Below, in pieces: positions 12,717-26,061 of a DNA stretch of 64,000 nt. Position 1 is the first letter of the stretch. The number at the start of each line of letters is the position of its first letter. Source of the stretch: the human T2T-CHM13v2.0 reference genome, Homo sapiens; NCBI RefSeq assembly GCF_009914755.1, contig NC_060935.1; one strand, 5' to 3'. Under the pieces are notes generated by a model. The model was given only the letters and a program-made list of their open reading frames with translations, was not told the origin of the DNA and did no database searches. A program made the position numbers and the translations under genes.

Positions 12717-13840
12717 ATTATATGGAAGGAACGATGAAGCTAGATTCTACAGCAGAAAACTCTTTGTCCTCGGTGCTGTTTGAATTATGTTACTCTTCTA
12801 CGAAACCTCTTGAAATAAACTCATGATCATAAACTTTGAGACCTTCTACAAATCTAGTACTCATGTCTCTCAGTTATCTTAACTGCCCTTATCCTTGGGT
12901 GGTACATTTATGTCTGTGCTTATGTGCTCTGATGCATCTAAGCAAAGCTGTTTATCTTCCCTTGTTCTTTCCACACTCTCTCCATTCCCTCTCTCTGCCT
13001 TCCCATTATCCTCTCTGGGGTGCTTTCTTAGCAACTTCACTTTTCTTATACACAGTCTCCATATTGTGCAAACACTAGTATTTTAACTCTTTGGTGGAGT
13101 CTTCCTTGATTAGTCTTACATGGTTCACATTGCTGATTAGTCCATTAATTCAATTTGACAATTATTTATTAGTTTATACTACATACTAAGCATTATGCTA
13201 GACCCTACAGAAGAGTACAATATAGTTCTTGCCCTCCAGGAGCATAAAATCTAGATCTAGAATAGGGGATTTAAAAAATACACATGCAACTCTAGTATAA
13301 GAATTTTATTAGTAGCAAACAAAAAAAATGCCAAAGACTGAAAGTTGACATGCCAGTGAGGAGAGGATAAGAAAGCATTCAAAATATTCTTTGAAAATTC
13401 ATCAATTAAAAATAAATGAAAATGTTGATTTTTAACAAACATAATATGTCCCTCATTATAGAGAGTGGGTAGTTTCCTTCAGCATATTATCAGTGATAGT
13501 AATATTTTCTGAATCCGTTTGCTAAGATGGACTTTATCATTCTGTATTGATTATGAGTCAATTATCTGCTGATTACACTTGGTTGATGCTTATTCTCCAA
13601 TCATTTCTTTTGGTCTGCAGTTTCTTGAGCAATACTGGCCTTTTTTGCACTCGAGATATACAAAATATATTTTCAAAGAGGGCAGATAAAATGTTTAGTA
13701 TGAGTTGGTGCAAAAAGGGGACATGAACAGTAGAAGTCTGTATATACATAATCCTAGGTTATCCTTTGAAATTGTTAGTCCTTTCCTAAGAGAGCTGTAA
13801 ACCAATTAGTACTTCCCAAACATGCCATTTCATTAGTTGA

Positions 13841-14174
<334 letters not shown>

Positions 14175-14215
14175 TAAGAATGGGACATAAGTTTGCATCT
14201 TCTGTTTTTATTCTA

Positions 14216-14285
14216 TTAGGTTGGTGCAAAAGCAGTTGCCATTACTTTTAATGGCAAAACTGCAATTACTTTTGCACCAACCTAA
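14216..14285. mobile_element. MADE1 (Hsmar1 mariner MITE) with a ~10-nt deletion in the left arm
   Basis: TTAGGTTGGTGCAAAAG...CTTTTGCACCAACCTAA palindrome flanked by TA on both sides. Confidence 0.93.
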
Positions 14286-14609
14286 TACATCTTTCATTGT
14301 ATATTACTTTTTAAAATATTCTATAACAGAAAATTTCACAATTTAGAATAGGCATAGTTGACTGTAAGGCAGATTTTTATAATCTGCCCCTCCCCTTATC
14401 GCCTTGTATAGCTGTTTACTACATTCTTACAAAGACTAGGTCTGGGAATATATATGCTGTGATTTAAAGAGAAAGGGATTAAGATGTTGGTTGGTCTCAG
14501 GTCATGCTGATTTTCAAAGTATATGAGAATATTCCTACTTATTAAGAATGTAAGTACTACATAGTTTATTTTTCTGTTACATTGTTGCTTTTGTAGTTTT
14601 TAGCCACTT

Positions 14610-15500
14610 TTTTCTTTTTAAAGTAACCTTTTGATATAATTTCAAAATTACAGAACAGTTGCAAGAATAGTAAAAAGAACTCCTGTGTATACTCTTTACC
14701 TAGATTCACTACTTATTTACATTTTGCCCTATTTGCTTTGTTGTTGATTCTCTGCCCCCCTTCTGCTGTGTGTGTGTATATTCTTAAAATTTCTTAACCA
14801 TGTGAGAGTAAGTTGAGCTAACATGTTTCTTATATTTACTTACATTTGTAGGCCTATATTTCTTAAGGATTCTTCTCTTTATGACTAAGATACAGTTATC
14901 AAAGTCAAGAAATTTAATGTTATAATAATTATCTAATTTACAATCCATATTCAAATATTGTTAATTAGCTAATAATGTTCTTTATGGTTTTCACCTGTCC
15001 TCAATAAAATTCAGGTCGACACATTGCATTTAGCTGCATTTAACTGTTGTGGTTTTTTAATTCTCTTTAACCTGGAATAGGTCCTCAGCCTTTCTTTGTA
15101 TTTCATGACTTTGATATTTGAAGAGTGTAGGTCAGTTACTTTGTAGAATATTCTTCAGTTTGGTTTTGTCTGATGTTTCCTCATGATTAGATTCATCAGG
15201 AATTCCACAGATAGGATATTATATCCTCAGTTTTATCAGGAGAAACATGATGTCAGTTTGTCCCAGCATAGATGATGTTAACATTGATCACTTGGTTAAG
15301 ATGATGTCTTCTAGTTTTCTCCACTATGAAGTTAACATGTTTCCCTTTCAGATTAATTGTAATTTGTAGGAAGGTACATGATATAAATATCATGTTCCTC
15401 ATCAAACACTTATCCAGTAGTTTTAGCATCCATAGATGATTTTCCGAAGTTCATTATTCTTTGCACATTTAATAGTTGGCATTCCACTATAAGGAAAAAT
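14610..15500 (-). mobile_element. Old L1 3' end (L1MC4/5-like)
   Basis: gatataatttcaaaattacagaacagttgcaagaatag... and tgatcacttggttaag blocks. Confidence 0.7.
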
Positions 15501-18500
15501 CAATCTTTTCTTAACTTCAGGTCCTTTTTCTGGTGACTTCTGCTACACAAGTCCTGGAATAAGGACTACGTATGCCAAGAGAATGCCTTGATTCCACTTG
15601 TGGTTTCTGAACTTCACCTACTGTCCTCCACCCCCAAGGAAGAGAAATTTTTATTTCTCAACTGTCTCCATATAGGCTAGAATATCATCACCCTATTTTG
15701 AGACTTTCCTTGATCACCCTGAGAGGATTCATTCTTCTATGTTAGGCTTCCAATATTGCTTTGTACATCAGCTCTTTTAACACTGACAATTTTATTTTGT
15801 ATGTTGTGTTTGTTTGTGTGTTATAATTGTTTTCTTTTCCACTAGGCTACTAGCTTCTCAAGCTTAAAGATCATATTCATCTTCATACATATCTGGCATT
15901 TATCCAAAGAGTTCAGTTAGGACTGAGAAGGTACTCAGTAAAAGTTTCACCGAATGAACAAATAGCAGAGCAGCAACCATAATAACTGTGGCATTGGGTT
16001 AAGCTGCAGCCTTATAAACTCATTTTTGTTGCCTGAGTCCAAAATGTTTTTTTTTTTTTTTTCTGGAGTTCCCCCTAACCTTGTGAGTGGGCCTTTTAAG
16101 TAGTAAGTAGTATACACCTAGATATGGATAGATAGCTAGGTGACCAAACCTAATGGATTAAGGCCATCCTCGCCTAGGTCACTTACTAAAGATCAGGTCA
16201 TATGTCATATCGTTCCTGTGCTTTTCTTCCTAAATGGGCTTTTTCCCCTTTCTCATTTGGGAATGGGGTAGCCTAGAACGTATTTGGGAATGGGTTCCAG
16301 ATTTTTTTTAAACACATATTAAAGATTATTTATATTATGCTTTGTTTCCAAAAGGTTTTAAGGTGGATTAAAATATAAGATTATATTAAGTGAAGTGGAA
16401 GAAAACAAGGAGACAAACCCAAGGGCAGAGATTTATAATGGAATAAGGCATGAGTCAAATACAAAAATGTATCTTGTAAAGACATTGCTTTGAGTAAGTC
16501 ATAACTCAGTTTCTAGAATGATTTCTTTCTGAAGTTTCATGATCTCAGTACATCAAGGTGAGGGTGGGGAATAAATCCAGGTTGAGCAGAAACATACTTA
16601 TTGCAGAACTTTTCAGAGCAATTATGTGCTAATATGTATATGAAAGATTAAGAGTGGAAGATACAATATAAAATGTTCCCCAACTTTTTTGACCATGGAA
16701 CCCTTTTTTTGCAGAACATCTTGAGGAACAAATGTTCTCTGGAACATTTTGGGCCTTGCTGTCTAGGCAATTAAATACTGTGAAGTCCTTGAGCTTTATG
16801 ACAGTGCTTCAGAGGGAAGGTATATATTACATCGTAAAAGGGATATAGATATCTTAGGTTTAGTTTAGAAGCAATGATTTAGATGTGTAAGGTGTTTAGA
16901 ATCACTTTGTATGAGCAATAGTTGGTGGAGACAGGATTTATCATGAAGAAGAGAAGATGGGGGTGGGTTGGGTTGGTGGGGACATAGGAGCTTTTGTCAG
17001 TTATCTTCAGGACTGTGATGTGGATTAAGGAAAAGAATTGGTCTTTGTGGATACAGGAACAGACCTAGAAGCGCTAAGTAGAAGTCACAAGACCTGTTTC
17101 TACTCAATATGAAAAAACTTTCTGATTGTTATAACTGTGCAGAATTGTAAGGAAACTGTCTTAGAAAGTAGGAGTACTTTGGTGCTGGAGTTCTCAGACC
17201 CATGGGAATATTGTGAAGATTATAGTATAAGATTGATGGCAGCATTAAACAAACTTTAAGATCCCTTCTAACGGAAAAGTCTTAAGATTCTATGAAAGTA
17301 TGATCTAGGCCATTTATAATAGAGACATAGGAGATATTCTTCCATAGAGATGTCTGAGTCTGCCTTTGAGTATACTGTTAAAGTGTATATCTCTAGTATC
17401 TAACGTGTAGTAGGTATCCAACAAACACTTGTTCAGTGCAGAAAGACATCTGAGGGACAGGCTGCCATCTGCAAGAGATGCAGGAAGTCTAGATGAACGC
17501 ACACTGCATAAGCACATGTTACTGGTGCAAGCTCCTGATTTCCTAGTCATTGCGTTCCATGACTTGATAGACAGTAGCTTCATTTAGGTCTAAGCATAAG
17601 CCAAAAGTAGGAGAGAGAATCATTTAAAGATGGGTTTTCACATAGGTTCACACACTCATCTTGTGTCACAGGGTTGCTACAGTGATACTTATGATGGTCA
17701 GCTGCTCTTTCTGAGTATAGACAGAAAGAGATGTAGCAATCTCTCTAGTACCTACGAGGTGATGTTGTTTGGGATAATGGTCTTTGGTAGATGCTCTCCT
17801 ATGGAAATTTGTTTTCCCTTTTTCCTATCTCTTTCTACCTTATCTCTATAAACACAATCCCTGCCTTTTGTGGATATTCAGTGTGTCTTGTAGGGTTGGG
17901 TTGCAAAGTCATTCTTTGCCTATATCATTATGAAAATTTCTTAAGTTTGAGAGCTTAAGTTATATAAAAGGAATGGTTTCATAATATAATCAATTCTCTT
18001 AAGTTTAAATTCTACATATCTACTTAAAATGAATAAAAGCTGCTCTGTGCTTCACATGGCATTTGGTATTGCAGGATAGCATCCAGTCTTCTGTATTTCT
18101 GGGGAAGTTTAATGGAAAATTATATATCTTCATGTGGCATATATTCTACCTGGTGTTTTGGGGAGGAAAATATAGTTTGTTCATGGTAATTAAAAATTCT
18201 AGGTCTATTGTATATTGATTTTGTTTTTTTCAGGAAGGCTGTTTTGTTGGAAGAGTTGTTCCCCTTGCCCCAACATTTTTCAACAACTTTGTGGCTTTAA
18301 AAAATATAAGGTTCATAGAGGGTTAAACGTTTATTATGTTTATTCTTGTTTTGGGGGCTACTTGAATTCTTTTCATTCTTCTGTGATGCTTTCACTGACC
18401 ATCCCAATTCAAAGCAGCCTCTTACTTTCTGTTTGTCTTGTTTGCCCTAATCATTTGATATTTGCCCTAAGCTACAAAGCCATATATCTTTATTTGATGT

Positions 18501-19588
18501 TTCCCCCATTATAATCTGAATATAGAGGAAGGAATCATGCCTTTATGTCCTCCACAATTTCCTCTATGGTGTCTTGGACAAAGGAGTTTAGGAAGTTTGT
18601 AATAGTCTAGTCCAACTTGCTTATTTTATAGGTGGAAAACTAAAAGAATAACTTGTTGCTTGATTTGATGCACATTTAGTATTTATATGTGTACCTGTAT
18701 AGCATGAATATAATAAGCCTTGGATTAGGGCTGTAATTTATTTTGAAACTAACAAAGGGTCTTAGAATTCAGAACTTCCAAGCTACAATAGCAACAATAA
18801 TAACATTTCTATTGGCCTTCATAGTTTATAAAGCTCATTTCCATGTATCATTTCATTGCATACTCAGAAATTCTATGAGGAAGAGAGATAATTTTATTCC
18901 CATTTTAGAGGTAGTGAAACTAAGACCCAAAGAATCAACTTGCTAATAATTGATGTAGTTGGGGCTATAATCCAAGACTTTGAGCTCCAGATGTTACACT
19001 TGTCCTGTTATATCATGCTGGTTCTAGATCATCTGTCTTTTCTTGCTGGCAGTGAACAGGATTTCCTTCAGTAATTCAGCCATCCAATAAGTGTTGACAG
19101 AATGCTCAGGCTGTAATACAACACATATTTTCAGGTGCATTGGAGAAAATAAGACTCCTACAGCATTTTGTTCTTACTATACACAAACATGCACTCACCT
19201 ACACATATGCGTATCTATTTATAATAGCAATTATCACATTGAGTTGTGATTTGTCTTTTTACATGTCCGTCTCCCCAGCCAGACTATGTGCTTCTTGAGC
19301 ATCCTCTGATTATTCTGTGAGCTCCTTTATATCTTCAATGCCATATCTAGATTCTGGCACATAAGTGTCCAGTTTGTTGTGAAATCAATGAATGAGTGAA
19401 TGAATAAGTGAATTCAGAAGTGAAAGACATTATGCCTTCTAGGGGCTTATAGTCTTCTTGGGGAGATAAAGCATGAAGTTTACAATAAATAGAAAGATAA
19501 GCAAACAGACAAAAAAATTGTTTGTTTTTTTTTTTTTAAGAGAAACTTTGTTTATAGGGTTTGTTTTTTTTTAACTAATATAAAACAG

Positions 19589-19753
19589 ATTCCCAGCCTG
19601 TAGTTCATGTAATTGCTTCCCGGCGTCAGGATTGGTCAGAACATGAGATTGCAATGGAGACTAGCCCTACCATAATTTATCAGGATGTATCCAGTGAATC
19701 ACAATCAGCTACTTCAACAATCAAAGCTCTGTTAGAACTCCAACAGACAACAG
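19589..19753 (+). CDS. EMSY: EMSY coding exon (DSQPVVHVIASRRQDWSEHEIAME...LLELQQTT), 165 nt, phase 1-1
   Basis: aaacag| acceptor at 19587-19588; CAG|GTATGA donor; frame continuous with neighbours. Confidence 0.93.
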
Positions 19754-21488
19754 GTATGAATTCACATGCTCAATTGAATGAAGCATGTTTTCTCTAGAGA
19801 CGGGTTGTGCTAAAATACTACCACTGTTATTATTTATTATTACTATTATTTATTATTATTATTGCTATTATTTGAGCACATTTCCCCCCTCTGGACTTGT
19901 CTATAATCATTGGTACAGTCTGGTTTACTTGTTAGTTCAGTAAGATGTGCACAGGAATATTGAAGTACAGATGGACTATCTGTAGAAAAGAGAAAAAAAA
20001 TTGACAGCTCTGTCTTGTCTCTTGCTTAAAATGGACAGTCCTATTGTTCCTTAGCACTAGAAAGGAGTAGTTCTATCACTTCTAAGCACAAGGCTAGATA
20101 CAGTACAGTTGCCAGTTGCATTGAAGAATAGCAGGAGGCAGATTGAAGGGCCTTGCCATCCTCCTTGATATTGGTGGAGCACAAAACACCTTTAGTGGCC
20201 CTTGCTAACATTCTGATTTGTTTTAATTTTATCTTCAGACTTATTTCTTTGAATAGTATAGGTTAGCCACTTGAGCTGTCATGCAAAGTTGTCCTCATAT
20301 AACTAGATCCTATAAGTATTTCTAATTACTAAATATCTTTGATAAACTCTAGAACAAACCTGTGGAAGTTATACTGACTTTTCCTTTATAATAGGTCAAA
20401 GATTTTCAGAGTATTTAAATGACCTTAGCAATTATGTCATCCAAACCTTTCATTTTATGGATAAGTAAACTGAGATCTAGAGAGGTTATCCAGTTGATTA
20501 GTGGCAGAGTGAGACTCATCTTTTGGTTCCTAGTTCAATGTCCTCTCTACTTGTAGGGTGACTTTTGTATTTTTGTTGTTGTTGTTGTTTTACTTATTTT
20601 GTTTAATTGTTTTGATTTTTGTCAGGTTATGTACTCAGTGGGTATGAACATTCAGTGGACTTAGTTACTGGTTACCGTTTATTGTAACTTCCACCTTGTT
20701 TGATCCAAAGATTACTAGCATTTAATGTAAGTCTTTGGTTAATCCTTCTGTCGGTGTTATTTTTGACCTTAGGGATTTCTTCGGTTCTTTGTCGTTGACA
20801 TGCTGAGCCATTTCTCTTAATGCCTTATAGAGGTGGGGACTTTGAACGCATAGATTTTGTAGAAAAGTTGATAACAAGGTAGAAAGTGAATCTATTAATG
20901 GAAATCATTCTTGATTCCAGACTGTTATATCAGACATTTTTCTAGAAACAAAGAAGCCATTTTTTTCTAACAATGAAAATTTTTATTCTTTAAAAGTTGT
21001 TGAAGACATTGTAACATTCCTTTGGAGATATCTTGAATTTTTAATAGCTCAAATTAAACTGGTCACTGTGTTGTGCTATTCTGGGTAGATGTGTCCTAGA
21101 GCAAATCATGTTATGTACTGCTTATTCACCCTTTGTTTTTAGGTTGATGAACTCAAGACCACAGGGAATACCTTGAAGAAGGGTATAGGAAATACCTTAA
21201 GGAGAGTGTACAAGATAAAAATTCAGTTGTTTGGCTTAGAGATAAAAAGGAGATGATTTTTGTGTTATTGTATGTAAGTCCTTCTTACTAGGCTGCTGAG
21301 TATGGTTATGCAAGTTGTGCACTAAACAGCCATACATAGCAATCTGCTTTTTTCTTTTCAATTCACTGTCTACTTAGTCACTGCCAGTGTGGCACCCCAG
21401 AGGTCTGGTTCATTATTCCTGTGGACAACTCTGGTTTTGGTACTTGTTTGTAATAAAAGTTAACTTTTCCCCTGACTTTTTTATGCAG

Positions 21489-21644
21489 TAAAGGAAAAAT
21501 TGGAATCTAAACCAAGACAACCCACTATTGACCTGAGTCAAATGGCAGTGCCTATTCAGATGACCCAGGAAAAGAGACATTCTCCTGAGAGTCCATCAAT
21601 TGCTGTGGTAGAGTCAGAACTAGTAGCTGAATACATCACTACTG
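21489..21644 (+). CDS. EMSY: EMSY coding exon (VKEKLESKPRQPTIDLSQM...ELVAEYITT), 156 nt, phase 1-1
   Basis: cctgac branch-like motif and T tract, then gcag| at 21487-21488; CTG|GTAGGT donor. Confidence 0.94.
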
Positions 21645-21937
21645 GTAGGTGTCCTCTTAAAATGTAGTATTAAGGTAGGAGAACTACCTTCCTGGATTTC
21701 ATGGGATGATTGTGTGGGGGAGAATATATTCTTTATATTTTTAGCTTTTTCCTCTTTGTTTTCAGAGCAAATTCACACCATCCTTGGGATTTACCCTGTC
21801 TTTAATGACTAGGAAAAAAAATAGGATGTTATGAAGTTTGTAGGTAATATAAAACTACAAGTCAGCCATAAATAACAACTGTGAATATACAGCAACAGTT
21901 GTAGGGAGAGGATAAAATATCTTTTGTCTAAGAATGA

Positions 21938-22254
21938 GTTTTGTTTGTTTTTTGTTTGTTTGTTTGTTTTGAGACAGGGTCTCACGCCCATCGCTCAGGC
22001 TGGAGTGCAGTGGCGCGATCATGATTCACTGCAGCCTCAACTTCCTGGGCTCAGGTGATCCTCCTGCCTCAGCCTCCTGAGTAGCTGGGACTACAGGTGT
22101 GTGCCACTATGCCTGGTTAATTTTTTGTATTTTTAGTAGAGATGGGATTTCGCCATGTTGCCCGGGCTTGTCTTGAATTCCTGGGCTCAAGAGATCCGTC
22201 CACCTTGGCCTCCCAAAGTGCTGGAATTACAGGCATGAGCCACTGAGCCTGGCC
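21938..22254 (-). mobile_element. AluJ with (TTTG)n tail
   Basis: Antisense Alu body at 21971-22254. Confidence 0.93.
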
Positions 22255-22353
22255 TAGAATAAGTATTTTTATGCATCTAGAGTTTTTAGTTTTGTGGGAA
22301 GGTGGGTCAAGGGGGAAAGAAGAAATAAAATCCGGTCCTTTTAATATTTTTCA

Positions 22354-22692
<339 letters not shown>

Positions 22693-23292
22693 TTAAATAC
22701 TTACAAGTTCTGGTGGAAAGCAGATTAGCTATTTGTTTAAAATGTGGTCTGGCAGCAAAACACTGAGATTTTTAGATGGCATATATAGAGAAATAAAACA
22801 AGATAGATTGTTTCTCTCCTATTCTGATTAGATGACACCTGGAATACTGCTTTCTCTTTTGAACACTTTATTACTTTGAAATTTGAAATAGTTCAGAGAG
22901 CAGTAATGTGAATAATTAAAGGGTTTAAGAGAGATGACTTATGAGGCAATATGTAGAGGACTCCTTTCTTAAGTTTTCTTTAGCAGTGGTTAAAGGAGAA
23001 CATAAACTTACAGATATTTGAAGGACATAAATACCAAAAAGAAAAGGAATTCTTTGGCATCATTTTAGGAGATAATATTATTAAGACTAATGGGTTAAAA
23101 TTGCCAAAGGGGAAAATCCAGGTAAGATATGGAAAGCCATCTAGAATCTTTCTTTAGAGATATTTAGCAGAAAGCTAATTCAAGCAGAGGCCAGTATTCT
23201 GGGGAACATAAATAACCTCTGGGGGTAGACTAGATTCTTGCATGGTGAACAGATGAAAAGACTATGATTTCTTCCCTTACTTATCCTTTCAG

Positions 23293-23334
23293 AACGCACT
23301 GATGAGGGGACAGAGGTTGCTTTTCCCCTTCTAG
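23293..23334 (+). CDS. EMSY: EMSY 42-nt micro-exon (ERTDEGTEVAFPLL), phase 1-1
   Basis: Long pyrimidine tract cttcccttacttatcctttcag|; TAG|GTAAGT donor; 14 codons, frame-preserving; peptide matches recalled EMSY sequence. Confidence 0.88.
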   Translation, partial: NALMRGQRLLFPF

Positions 23335-24602
23335 GTAAGTGGTGTGCATCCATTTGTAGTATCACTGAAGGTAAAAGATGATTGTTTTGGGGGGAACCGC
23401 TTAAATGGATGCGCTCTACTCTCATCTGGTAGAGGAAAGGTAAGCTCCACTTAGTGAAAGGAAGAGAGATTTTTCTTTTGTAGAATAGTGGAATTCTTTC
23501 TCAGAAATGAGCATTTTGACAGTGGAAAAAAGAGTTCTTTAAAATAATAAAAATGACTGCTTTATGGTGTTTATATGGCCCAGTTAAGGTCACTTCAGCT
23601 ATTTTCCAAGGGTTTATTCTGTGACCTTCCTCCACAATCTCCACCCATGATATCCACAGCCATATTGAGCATTTTCTTTGACTTAAAAGCCAGCTGCTTG
23701 GCCTGCCCTTTGTATCATTCTGCAGTGGGTACTAGTTCTCTCTAATTTTCCTGAACTCTGGAGAATTACCGTGAAGTAATTATAGTTGAAGGAGAATTAT
23801 TTTTAAATAGACTTAGTTGATCTTTTTAAAATCCATTTCACTTCTTAATAAAAAAATGCTTAATGTAATAATTATGAAGATTAATATGGGTGGTAGAAGT
23901 GTTCCATATAATTTGATAATTTCATCTGAAATGTATTTTTTATTTTCACATGTCATTCATTTCTGATGCTTTCATTTAAAAAATATTAATTTGCTTAATT
24001 TTAATATTATTATAATTTGTTTTTTCTACTCAGTCATATTGTAAATTACTTCAGTCATTGTTGTTTTAGTGTAAACCTTGACTATCTTTTTTTCGATTAT
24101 GTTGAGCACATATGGAAGATTTTATTAACTCACGTAATTTAACATGTGCATACAAAGCATACTGTGAAATATTGTAAGATACTACAGAACATTTATAAAA
24201 GAATACTGGTGATGCTGCCTATAATCTCAAATCACATGTAGATATATGTATAGCAACAATAGAAACACTGCATTTGTGAATATAGATAGAATGTGTCATA
24301 AAAAATAAAGCCTATTTATATTTCACTGGATAGTTTTAAAGCTAGTCCTTATAATACATAAATGGCATTTTTACATTGATTTCCATAGTGATCATCTTAC
24401 TCTTGAACACCCCACTATGACTTTTCTAAACAGGAAGTCAGTGCTATTTGAAATTATAGATCAGGGTATATGAACATTAGAATCATGGGTTATTGAGAAA
24501 GTTTCAATAATCCCAAAAGCCTTAGCTAATTTACAGATATATTGTATTTTTATCTGTTTCTAATTCAAAGGGTTAGTTTCCCAGTAATCATATGCATTTT
24601 TA

Positions 24603-24941
<339 letters not shown>

Positions 24942-25599
24942 AAAAAGTTGAAGCTGGTAAAATTTGATAGATTGGTTACTTCATGGGACCTTTGTAGCAA
25001 TAGAATAAGAAGCAGGGATGTTTCCTATACTGCAATCTTACCCATTTGTGCCAGGTGAGCTAAATTTGAGATGATAGAACAGATTTTTCTATTATTTTGT
25101 TAACTCTTTATATTTGTTTAGTACTTTATAGTTTAAGGACAATTTTTCAGTCTGTTACTTCATTTGGTCCTCTTCTAGGTAGAAACAGCAAGCCTTTATT
25201 ATCCCATTAAAATAAAATCAATCAAACAAAACAAAACCTCTTAAGTTTTAGAGGCTAATAGAGGATGAGTGACCTCTTCAGATTCACTTGGCTGTTTGAT
25301 GGTAGAACAGGACAGGATCCAAGCGTGATTCTTGATTCAGTTTATTTTCTGCATTATCACCCAGACCTTTAGATTTTTAGGAACTGTAAGGTTGTGAGAC
25401 AGAATCACTTAATACAAAGGAGTGAATGCTACTAATGTTTTTATTGCATGTCGAACTGAGACCAAGAGATTAAAGAATGTGTATTGCCTTACTTTCCTTA
25501 AAGATATTATTTTGGGATTACAGAAATTGATTACTGCTTTGTTACCTTAATGGGATGAAAGTCATTGGAGAAAGTGAGTACAGCTCATGGGAGGATGCA

Positions 25600-25800
25600 A
25601 CTTTAAGGGGTTTGTTCCTCCTTTGTGATAAGAGTTTTCACAGTGCTTCCGTATACATTTCTCATCTCATCCTTATAATAGCTCTGTTATTCCCATTTTG
25701 CAGATGAGGAAACAGTCTCAGAGAAGATAAGAGACTTTCTTAGAGTCACACAGCTCATAGATGGGCAGACTGTGGTCTTCTGCCTCCTAGTTCACAATAC
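25600..25800 (-). mobile_element. MIR fragment
   Basis: cccattttgcagatgaggaaac core. Confidence 0.75.
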
Positions 25801-25909
25801 TACACTTTCTTTCTGTGATACAAGCTCACAGACATTTGTTTAAAATGACTACTGGTTACAGATGCTGTGGTGATTTCTGGAGAAATATCATCACCTCCTC
25901 TATTTTCAG

Positions 25910-26061
25910 TCAGCCATCGCTCCCAGCCCCAACAGCCTTCCCAGCCCCAGCGGACCCTGCTCCAGCATGTGGCTCAGTCACAGACCGCAACACAGACTTC
26001 GGTGGTGGTGAAGTCCATCCCAGCATCTTCCCCTGGAGCAATCACCCACATTATGCAGCAG
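25910..26061 (+). CDS. EMSY: EMSY coding exon (VSHRSQPQQPSQPQ...AITHIMQQ), phase 1-0; possible in-frame 5' extension from 25862
   Basis: tattttcag| at 25908-25909; weak donor CAG|GTTGTA; lies within ORF 25867..26115. Confidence 0.92.

Noticed and set aside
18232-21273. Other pseudo-exons (acceptors near 18232, 20625 and 21142; GTAAGT donors at 20727 and 21274)
   Set aside because: Such pairs are frequent in T-rich introns, the donor exonic bases are poor (AAT, TAT), and nothing else supports them.
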